NCBI GenBank assembly: GCA_964370555.1
Contig: CAYJJW010000002.1
Span: 1-38,611, forward strand
Origin: an uncultured Treponemataceae bacterium
Lineage (GTDB): Bacteria > Spirochaetota > Spirochaetia > Treponematales > Treponemataceae
Direction: 5' to 3'
DNA: 38,611 nucleotides
The notes below the pieces were generated by a model. The model had not been told where the DNA came from. It was given only the letters and a program-made list of their open reading frames with translations, and searched no databases. Every line of letters begins with the position of its first letter. Position 1 is the stretch's first letter. Of this stretch, positions 1-6,683 are shown piece after piece. The translations under genes were made by a program, and so were the position numbers.

Positions 1-187
1 CCTCTCCGTTTGTGGCTCTATCTAATGCCCCAATAATGTTTAATAGTGTTGTCTTTCCAGATCCTGAGGGGCCAATAAGAGAGGCAACAAGGCCTTTTTC
101 TAATTCTATTGATATATCGGTGAGAGCTTCAAATGTGACAGCTCCCTCTCCGTAAATCTTTTTAATTCCTTTTGTTTCTATAAACAT
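1..187 (-). CDS. ABC transporter ATP-binding protein, MacB/LolD-like (N-terminal part only; the gene runs off the left edge)
   Basis: Absent from the ORF track because it is truncated. The reverse complement of 1..187 starts at ATG (187..185) and reads MFIETKGIKKIYGEGAVTFEALTDISIELEKGLVASLIGPSGSGKTTLLNIIGALDRATNGE. It has the Walker A motif GPSGSGKT in a typical MacB/LolD context. A GAGGAAA Shine-Dalgarno lies 6 nt upstream of the ATG. Confidence 0.85.
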   Translation of the reverse strand, partial: MFIETKGIKKIYGEGAVTFEALTDISIELEKGLVASLIGPSGSGKTTLLNIIGALDRATNGE

Positions 188-208
188 AGCGTTTCCTCAT
201 AAAAAATA

Positions 209-1297
209 TTAGAATGATGCTTTAATGGTTATCATAACACTTGTATTTGGTATACCTTTTTGTAGTGGTGAAAACTCTGCATTTTCTTTTCCAAAATAAA
301 AACCAGCTCCTGCATCTAACAATAATCCGTCTGTAAGACTGTAATTAAAACTGGGAATAAGTGTTGCACTTGCATCAACAAGACTCACCAGTCCATCAAC
401 AGAAAAGCTCATAAACTCGTCAACAGAAAAAACTAAAGAAGTGTAGGAATACCACATCGCCTTAAAAAAATAATCTCCATAACTTGTTTTTTGAACTTCT
501 TCAAGACTTGCAGCACCAGCACTATTGTAATAAAAAGATTTATTTATTAATAAGGACGAATAAGCTATAGGAAAGCTATAATCAAAAGTAATGTTTGCTT
601 CGTGACTAGTAGAAAATTTTTCTTCTTCAATAAAAATATTATTAGCATGAAACGAATACGATCCTGTTATTGTTACAAAGGCATCAAGCTTAACAAAAGC
701 TCCTATAACATTATTGTTACTTCCTTTATGTTGATATGCGATTCCACCTTCAAATCCACTTGTCCCAAACACAATTTCGCTTCCAGATAAAACATCGTCC
801 CAAGAGTCGTTACCCCCAACAAATGATTGAAATTTTCCATATGAACCCATAGGAACAGTTAAGGAGAGTAAGTTTATTGCAGGCTTTGTTTGTGTTGGAT
901 CTAAAAGCGAAAAGCTTTTATGCCACTCTAATGTATTAAAAAGAGAAGGGCTGCCAAAACTCAAATAATCCCTTCCCAACGTAAAAGAAGTTGAACCAAA
1001 GTTTGCTTTAATAAAAAGGCGCGCAATATCAAAGTCAACGGTAGCATTCTTTTCTAGTTGAGTATTGCTTAGCCCATAATACTTTGTTAAACGCAGGTCA
1101 GAATACAATCGCCAAAAATCGCCATTCTTATGCTGGAATAATACTTTTAATAAGGATGCATTGTCAAAATCAAAATCTTCATTGCCTGCTATTATATAAG
1201 TAGCATTTTCAAAACTACCATTTAATCTCGTTTGAGAATGTAACCCAATTTGACAGAGGAATATAATACAAAACACAAAGACGATATTTTTTTTCAT
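209..1297 (-). CDS. Secreted protein, probable outer-membrane beta-barrel (unknown family)
   Basis: The N-terminal signal peptide is MKKNIVFVFCIIFLCQIGLHSQ. The composition is rich in G/S/N/T/Y/F with no Cys after the signal. The C-terminus VMITIKASF alternates hydrophobic residues and ends in Phe, like an OMP beta-signal. AAGG lies 9 nt upstream of the ATG. The gene starts 10 nt downstream of the stop of the preceding gene. Confidence 0.6.
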   Translation of the reverse strand: MKKNIVFVFCIIFLCQIGLHSQTRLNGSFENATYIIAGNEDFDFDNASLLKVLFQHKNGDFWRLYSDLRLTKYYGLSNTQLEKNATVDFDIARLFIKANFGSTSFTLGRDYLSFGSPSLFNTLEWHKSFSLLDPTQTKPAINLLSLTVPMGSYGKFQSFVGGNDSWDDVLSGSEIVFGTSGFEGGIAYQHKGSNNNVIGAFVKLDAFVTITGSYSFHANNIFIEEEKFSTSHEANITFDYSFPIAYSSLLINKSFYYNSAGAASLEEVQKTSYGDYFFKAMWYSYTSLVFSVDEFMSFSVDGLVSLVDASATLIPSFNYSLTDGLLLDAGAGFYFGKENAEFSPLQKGIPNTSVMITIKASF

Positions 1298-1307
1298 GTA
1301 TCAACCT

Positions 1308-2060
1308 TTAGCGTTCCAAATAAGCTCGAGTAAAAATATCTTTATCAATAGAAACGTCTATCTCAATATCTGTGTAACGTACAATTGTTTTAGAATTCTT
1401 TTTTCTCAAATCTATTACTTCTAAGGTCATTGGCATAGAAAGACTTCCAACATCCTCATAGTCTTTCATAATAAACTCTTTTATTGCTCTGTCTTCGCTC
1501 CGTCCCGTTGCAAACATAACTGACTTCAAAACATTAAAAGTTTCTTTTTCTACATATAGATCTTGTCTAACGTACGTGGCTTTATTTTCGTCTTTTGCCC
1601 TAATGGTTAAAACATGTACCTCTTTCCCCTCAAAAAAATCGCTTCCTAATTTTTCAGGCGTATACTCTTCTTCAAATGATCCTTGGTCAGCCACATCATC
1701 ATACGAAATATCACTTCCCATCATGCTATCTCTTAGAAGGTGCCCAGACAATTTTAATACATCTCCTGCATCTGGTATATAAATCCACATATCCGAATCT
1801 AGTTTTAAATATCTTGTTCCAGCGTCTTGTGCATTTGTATACTCCATGAACGAGGCATCGATAGAATCATCTAAAAAACCAAAGAATGTTTTTGTTAATA
1901 TTCTGCCGCGTGAATTAATTTCCATGTTTGCATTAAACTTCATAGTAGAAAAATCGCGCCCACTCATATTAACTTCATCAAAAATACTTTGTGCAGATTG
2001 TGAAAAAGCGGAAGAAATCAGCACTGCACATATTAGAAAAAAGATTATTTTTATTTTCAT
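1308..2060 (-). CDS. LolA-like outer-membrane lipoprotein-sorting/carrier protein
   Basis: I prefer the internal Met (ATG at 2060) because it exposes the signal peptide MKIKIIFFLICAVLISSAFSQ; the 32 extra codons in the ORF track have no signal. The body resembles the LolA_like family as I remember it (..MWIYIPDAGDVLKLSGHLLRDSMMGSDISYDDV..). Confidence 0.7.
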   Translation of the reverse strand: MKIKIIFFLICAVLISSAFSQSAQSIFDEVNMSGRDFSTMKFNANMEINSRGRILTKTFFGFLDDSIDASFMEYTNAQDAGTRYLKLDSDMWIYIPDAGDVLKLSGHLLRDSMMGSDISYDDVADQGSFEEEYTPEKLGSDFFEGKEVHVLTIRAKDENKATYVRQDLYVEKETFNVLKSVMFATGRSEDRAIKEFIMKDYEDVGSLSMPMTLEVIDLRKKNSKTIVRYTDIEIDVSIDKDIFTRAYLER

Positions 2061-2184
2061 GCCTTTAAGTGTATCGTAGTTTTTTTGAATGCGCAAGTAG
2101 GTTTTACGCATAATAAGAAAAAAACAAACAATTGTTTTATTTTGCTTTTTTGCCAATTTTTAACTAGTCAAAACTCTAAAACAA

Positions 2185-2193
2185 TGTTATTAT
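2185..2193 (+). promoter_or_regulatory. Extended -10 promoter element (TGtTATTAT) upstream of the PilZ gene
   Basis: TG at 2185-2186 and TATTAT at 2188-2193 would give a leader of about 30 nt to the ATG at 2230. Confidence 0.35.
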
Positions 2194-2229
2194 ATTCAAA
2201 ACGGTATCTTGTGCCGATAATGAGATATT

Positions 2230-3270
2230 ATGGAACAGAATGAAGTTGTTGATTTAGGTAAAAAAATATTTTTTCTCAACCCTCCCTATGATTTTACAAA
2301 AATTATTATTCCTGTATTATCAGATTTAGAGTACGAAATATATGTGTTATCTACCTACAAATTTGCAAAAGAAATTCTTCGAAATAATCCAGGGTCTATT
2401 TGTTTTGTCTGTATTGATGGCGAAATGCCTATAGGAAATTGGTATAACTTTATAGTATCATTTTCATCTGACCCTGACTTATCATCTATTTTCCTTGGTG
2501 TGATGTCTGCGTATGCAGGAGCAAGCGATAAAAACCACTTTTTGTTGAATGCTTCTATTCCAGCCGGTTTTATTTCGCTTGTAAGTAAAAAAGATGAACT
2601 TATTGCAAAGATTGAAGGCATTTTACGAATTAATAATGCGAAGGGCGTACGAAAATACGTTCGAGTTGACTGCGAAACAGACAAACTGATTTCTGCTCAG
2701 TATAAAGTGGAAAATTCAATGTTTCCTTTCAAAATTGAAGATATTAGTTCTGCAGGATTATTATGCGCAACTTCAATAACTGTTGGTTCATACTTTTCAC
2801 AAAATATGCTTTTAAAAGATTTTCTCCTTGTATTGAGAACACAAAAAATTAAATGTAACGTTGTAATACTAAAAACTTTTGAAAAAAATGGAAAGTGCTA
2901 TCTTGTCTTGTTGTTTACAAAAGGTTTACCCTTTGCAGCAAAAGCTGCTATCCAAGCCTATATTAGATTCTTTTTGCAAAACTCTTTAGATACAAATCTT
3001 GCTACTGCAAAACCAGACGATACAGATTATTCTAAACTACACGATGCAGCCATTGCAGCAGAAGTGGAAGATGCTTTCCTCATTTCTGTTGATGAAGAAG
3101 AAATACTTTATGCAGATGATGTAGAAGAAGTAACCTATGCTGACGAATTTGAAAACCAAGAATTGTCTTCTCCTTTTTTCTCTAATGAAGATGAAAATCA
3201 ATTTTTAGATCAAATGAAATACTTAGACGATGTTGATGGAGACATACAACTAATCGACGACACTGAGTAA
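2230..3270 (+). CDS. PilZ domain c-di-GMP receptor with an uncharacterised N-terminal domain and an acidic C-terminal tail
   Basis: The canonical PilZ motifs RxxxR (RKYVR) and D/NxSxxG (DISSAG) are about 30 aa apart. The last ~80 aa are very rich in D/E. Confidence 0.75.
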   Translation: MEQNEVVDLGKKIFFLNPPYDFTKIIIPVLSDLEYEIYVLSTYKFAKEILRNNPGSICFVCIDGEMPIGNWYNFIVSFSSDPDLSSIFLGVMSAYAGASDKNHFLLNASIPAGFISLVSKKDELIAKIEGILRINNAKGVRKYVRVDCETDKLISAQYKVENSMFPFKIEDISSAGLLCATSITVGSYFSQNMLLKDFLLVLRTQKIKCNVVILKTFEKNGKCYLVLLFTKGLPFAAKAAIQAYIRFFLQNSLDTNLATAKPDDTDYSKLHDAAIAAEVEDAFLISVDEEEILYADDVEEVTYADEFENQELSSPFFSNEDENQFLDQMKYLDDVDGDIQLIDDTE

Positions 3271-3984
3271 ATCTCGTACCACTTCTCCCGCTATTAATAA
3301 TCCTGCCACGGAAGGAACAAAAGAGATACTTGCTGGTGGATTTGACTTAATAGGCTCTTCTTTTGAATACAATACTTTTACTTTTTTTATGCCTCTGTTT
3401 TTTAACTCTCTTCTCATTACTCGCGCTAAAGGGCAAACGCTCGTCTTTTCAATTTCTGTAATTTCAAATAAAGAAGCATTCATCTTGTTTCCTGTTCCCA
3501 TACTTGAAAGAATTGGAACATTAAAAGCTTTAGCTTTTTCAATAAGTATTAGTTTTGCACTTACAGTATCTATTGCATCAATGATGTAATCGCATGTAGA
3601 AAGTTCTTCGTCTAGGATGCTCGAATTTTCTGCATTATAAAAAATAGGAAAGTCCTTTACTTCTATAGCAGGATTTATGTCCAGTATTCTTTTCTTTGCA
3701 CACTCTGTTTTTAATAGTCCTATAGTAGAATGTAATGCAAATAGCTGCCTGTTTAAATTGCTTTTAACAATTTTATCATTGTCAATTAAAATTACATTAG
3801 CAATGCCGGCTCTCACCAAGGCTTCCACAGCAAATGAACCTACCCCTCCTAACCCAAAAACTGCCACTCGTTTTTTTTGAAGATTTTCAACAGAAGGTTT
3901 TCCAATAAGTTTTTCTGTTCGACTATGTTGTGTTTCGTTATCGTTTGTTTCCAAACTATCCAGTTTTGTGTTTTCCTTTTTCAT
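3250..3984 (-). CDS. tcdA: tRNA threonylcarbamoyladenosine dehydratase (ThiF/MoeB-family E1-like, TcdA/CsdL type)
   Basis: It has the Rossmann motif VFGLGGVGSFAVEALVRAGI followed by LIDNDKIVKSNLNRQ. The size (244 aa) and the absence of a C-terminal rhodanese or Cys-rich domain fit TcdA rather than MoeB/ThiF. An AGGAAAA SD lies upstream. Confidence 0.75.
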   Translation of the reverse strand: MKKENTKLDSLETNDNETQHSRTEKLIGKPSVENLQKKRVAVFGLGGVGSFAVEALVRAGIANVILIDNDKIVKSNLNRQLFALHSTIGLLKTECAKKRILDINPAIEVKDFPIFYNAENSSILDEELSTCDYIIDAIDTVSAKLILIEKAKAFNVPILSSMGTGNKMNASLFEITEIEKTSVCPLARVMRRELKNRGIKKVKVLYSKEEPIKSNPPASISFVPSVAGLLIAGEVVRDLLSVVD

Positions 3985-4020
3985 AAATATTTTCCTTTTT
4001 TTTTCACTTTTTTTATCATG

Positions 4021-4037
4021 CTTGTGGATAACTTGTG
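4021..4037 (+). repeat. 17-bp element CTTGTGGATAACTTGTG, copy 1 (contains the DnaA-box 9-mer TGTGGATAA)
   Basis: Identical to 4419..4435. The core at 4024..4032 is the reverse complement of TTATCCACA. It lies inside the spacer of a plausible tcdA promoter (minus strand: TTCACA, 18 nt, TAAAAA). Confidence 0.8.
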
Positions 4038-4118
4038 AAAAACTTCTGCTTATTTCTTAATAAGTAATCAACGGTAAAAAAATAATCATATTTTATACAA
4101 ATTTGTTCTTGTTATATA

Positions 4119-4147
4119 TTGACAGTTTTTTTCTTTTCCTGTATAAC
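4119..4147 (+). promoter_or_regulatory. Near-consensus sigma-70-type promoter (TTGACA, 17 nt, TATAAC)
   Basis: TTGACA at 4119..4124, an exact 17-nt spacer, and TATAAC at 4142..4147. It points toward glgX but lies about 350 nt upstream of the glgX ATG. Confidence 0.5.
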
Positions 4148-4418
4148 AAAATCCCTAAAAAGTTTTTTCTCGCAAAAACTCTTAATTTAAGTGATTATAG
4201 AGATAAAAACACTAAAAATCACTGAAAAATCATACAAAAACAGACAATTTTATGAAATTTAACATTTTTTTCGGGTTTTAGAGAGTTCTTTTTTTACAAT
4301 CAAAAACTCATAGTAATACATAAAATAAAAACGACATATATAAATGTAATTTTCTATAAACATAAGTATAGCAAAAAAACATAAATAGCGCCACTACAAG
4401 AAAATACAAGAATTCTTC

Positions 4419-4435
4419 CTTGTGGATAACTTGTG
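4419..4435 (+). repeat. 17-bp element CTTGTGGATAACTTGTG, copy 2 (contains the DnaA-box 9-mer TGTGGATAA)
   Basis: Identical to 4021..4037, in the same orientation and 398 bp away. It is preceded by the 10-bp palindrome AAGAATTCTT (4408..4417) and lies 55 bp upstream of the glgX -10 element. Confidence 0.8.
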
Positions 4436-4487
4436 CAAAAAAAAGAAAAAACTTTAGGGAAAGAGTGTAACCTTTTTTTACCTTTTG

Positions 4488-4496
4488 TGTTATACT
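4488..4496 (+). promoter_or_regulatory. Extended -10 promoter (TGtTATACT) of glgX, with the ATG 6 nt downstream
   Basis: TG at 4488-4489 and TATACT at 4491..4496, then the 6 nt GTTGTA, then ATG at 4503. There is no Shine-Dalgarno. Confidence 0.5.
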
Positions 4497-4502
4497 GTTG
4501 TA

Positions 4503-6626
4503 ATGTCAACATATATTGTTCATTCTGGAACACCAATGCCTTATGGATCAAGCATAAAAAAAGATGGTGTCAATTTTAGTTTATTTTCTCGTAACGGAAC
4601 AGCCGTTAGTATTGCTCTTTTTGAAAATGAAAATGATATGGACCCAAGCTTTTTGTATAACCTTGATCCTGTCATAAATCGAACGGGAGATGTTTGGCAT
4701 GTGTTTATTGAAGGAGCAAAAACAGGCTCCCTTTACCTGTATTCGGTAGACGGGCCTTTTAATCCGGAAAAAGGTCATCGTTTTAATAAGAAAGAATATC
4801 TTCTTGATCCGTATGCAAAAGCACTTACTAACACATCAATTTTTAAATACATTAATCAAAATAAAACAAGCAAAAAACAAAATACTCAAAAAATCGAAGC
4901 TATGCCAAAGTGTGTAGTTGTAGATGATGAAGACTTTGATTGGCAAGGTGATAAGCCCCTAAATTATCCTTTGCGAAAAAGTATTCTATACGAAGCTCAT
5001 TTAAAAGGCTTTACAAAAAGCGAATCTTCAGGTGTAAAAAATAAAGGAACGTATAAAGGCCTAATTGAAAAAATTCCGTACTTTAAAGATTTGGGAATTA
5101 CCAGTATAGAATTACTTCCTCTTCAAGAATTTGATGAATTCGAAAATTCAAACATAAACCCTAAAACAGGAAAGATGCTTACAAATTACTGGGGCTATAG
5201 CACAATGTCTTTTTTTGCTCCCAAAGCCTCTTATGCCATAGATACAAGTGCGGGGCAGTGTGTAAATGAGTTCAAAGAAATGGTTCGCGAAATGCATAAA
5301 AACGGACTAGAAGTTATTCTTGATATCGTTTTTAATCATACTGCAGAAGGAAATGAAAAGGGCCCTTCAATAAGTTTCCGAGGGCTTGATAATTCAATTT
5401 ATTATATTTTGGAAGACAATGATAAAAGCTACTATAAAAATTACTCTGGATGTGGAAATACCTTAAATTGTAATCATCCTGTTGTAAGAACATTTATTAT
5501 GGATTGTTTAAAATATTGGGTGTGTGAAATGCATGTTGATGGGTTTCGCTTTGATTTAGGCTCAATTCTTGGAAGAGATCAAGATGGAACTCTTATGGAA
5601 AATCCTCCTATGCTTGAGAGAATTGCCGAAGAACCAATTTTACGAAATACAAAAATTATTGCAGAGGCATGGGACGCCGGTGGAGCATATCAGGTTGGAT
5701 GGTTTCCTGGAGGACGATGGGCAGAATGGAACGATCGTTTTCGTGATGATATACGAAGATTTTGGAGAGGGGATAAGGGCTGTGTAAATGGAGCTGCCAC
5801 TCGATTATCAGGAAGTTCCGATTTATATTTACGAGACGGAAGAAAACCTTTTCATTCAATAAATTTTTTAACAAGTCATGATGGATTTACCCTCAATGAT
5901 TTAGTGAGTTATAATAAAAAACATAACCGAGAAAATGGAGAAGATAACAGGGATGGATCAGATAATAACCTTAGTTTTAACTATGGTTACGAAGGTCCAA
6001 CTTCTAATATTTCCATAGAAAAAATGCGAATGCAACAAATTAAAAACTTTCTTTTAACATTGTTCTTATCGCAAGGAACTCCGATGCTTTTAGCTGGAGA
6101 TGAATTTCGCAATTCACAAGCAGGAAATAATAATTCATATTGCCAAGATAATGAAACTGCATGGATAGATTGGTCTTTAAAAGAAAAATACTCAGAAATT
6201 TTTCTTTTTACCCGAAAAGCAATAGCCTTTCGTCTTCATCATCCGGCATTTTGCAGACCAGAGTTTTTCTTAGGGCAAGATTTATCATATAATAGCCTTT
6301 TAGATATTACATGGTTTGATGAAAGCGGAAACATCTTCGATTGGACAAAAGAAAACAAAATTTTAGCCTGTCGCATGGATGGCAGTAAAGCAGATATATT
6401 TAGTGATCGTGATGACAATGATTTTTACCTTATGTTGAATCCTACTTCTGAAAACATACTTGTTACAGTTTCTGAGTCTTCATCAGGAACAAAATGGTAT
6501 CGTGCTATAGATACTTCTGTTCCTGCTCCCGGAGATTTTCTTTCTCCCGGAGAAGAAAAAATAATTGAATCCTCTTCAAAATATTTGTTAACAGCACACA
6601 GTATGGTTGTTTTGTTAAGTAAATAA
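4503..6626 (+). CDS. glgX: Glycogen debranching enzyme (GH13, GlgX type)
   Basis: The GH13 conserved regions are present: DIVFNHTAEG, VDGFRFDLG, IAEAWDAGG and FLTSHDGFTLND. The N-terminus MSTYIVHSGTPMPYGSS.. is typical of GlgX. I start at ATG 4503 rather than the TTG at 4485 in the ORF track. Confidence 0.9.
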   Translation: MSTYIVHSGTPMPYGSSIKKDGVNFSLFSRNGTAVSIALFENENDMDPSFLYNLDPVINRTGDVWHVFIEGAKTGSLYLYSVDGPFNPEKGHRFNKKEYLLDPYAKALTNTSIFKYINQNKTSKKQNTQKIEAMPKCVVVDDEDFDWQGDKPLNYPLRKSILYEAHLKGFTKSESSGVKNKGTYKGLIEKIPYFKDLGITSIELLPLQEFDEFENSNINPKTGKMLTNYWGYSTMSFFAPKASYAIDTSAGQCVNEFKEMVREMHKNGLEVILDIVFNHTAEGNEKGPSISFRGLDNSIYYILEDNDKSYYKNYSGCGNTLNCNHPVVRTFIMDCLKYWVCEMHVDGFRFDLGSILGRDQDGTLMENPPMLERIAEEPILRNTKIIAEAWDAGGAYQVGWFPGGRWAEWNDRFRDDIRRFWRGDKGCVNGAATRLSGSSDLYLRDGRKPFHSINFLTSHDGFTLNDLVSYNKKHNRENGEDNRDGSDNNLSFNYGYEGPTSNISIEKMRMQQIKNFLLTLFLSQGTPMLLAGDEFRNSQAGNNNSYCQDNETAWIDWSLKEKYSEIFLFTRKAIAFRLHHPAFCRPEFFLGQDLSYNSLLDITWFDESGNIFDWTKENKILACRMDGSKADIFSDRDDNDFYLMLNPTSENILVTVSESSSGTKWYRAIDTSVPAPGDFLSPGEEKIIESSSKYLLTAHSMVVLLSK

Positions 6627-6683
6627 AGCTTGTTTTAATATTAAAAATAGTGTATAGTGAAGCTAGTTTCCATAGGAGGAAGT

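Noticed and set aside
2126-2137. 12-bp palindrome AAACAATTGTTT in the divergent LolA-like/PilZ intergenic region, considered as a possible operator
   Set aside because: It is a short palindrome in AT-rich DNA, a single copy, with no second site or recognisable regulator nearby, so it is plausibly chance. I note it only for completeness.
2061-2156. N-terminal extensions implied by the longest-ORF coordinates (2061..2156, 4485..4502, 6657..6683, 12931..12936, 20183..20215, 20326..20331, 24070..24102, 26256..26363, 33449..33490, 34362..34433 and 34344..34409)
   Set aside because: In each case an internal start gives a canonical N-terminus, signal peptide, SD or promoter geometry, and it removes implausible overlaps with neighbouring genes. 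The extensions often begin at TTG/GTG with no SD.
2355-2684. 109-aa ORF antisense to the PilZ gene, and similar short antisense ORFs throughout the ORF track (for example 602..790, 1576..1782, 10295..10609, 32715..33023 and 35605..35916)
   Set aside because: All are nested in better-supported genes on the opposite strand. None has an SD or a recognisable domain.
4161-4180. Hairpin AGTTTTT-TCTCGC-AAAAACT just downstream of the orphan promoter, considered as a possible sRNA terminator
   Set aside because: The stem is 7 bp with a single G:C pair and no following U-run, so it is too weak to call an intrinsic terminator.
4252-4281. 9-codon mini-ORF MKFNIFFGF (4 of 9 residues Phe) in the long spacer, superficially like a pheL-type attenuation leader peptide
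   Set aside because: There is no SD and no terminator/antiterminator hairpins downstream. The downstream gene (glgX) is unrelated to Phe metabolism. TTT/TTC codons are expected by chance in T-rich DNA.
4354-4551. 65-aa minus-strand ORF spanning the glgX promoter and start
   Set aside because: It overlaps the glgX 5' end, has no SD, and has an implausible sequence. The region is better explained as regulatory DNA.
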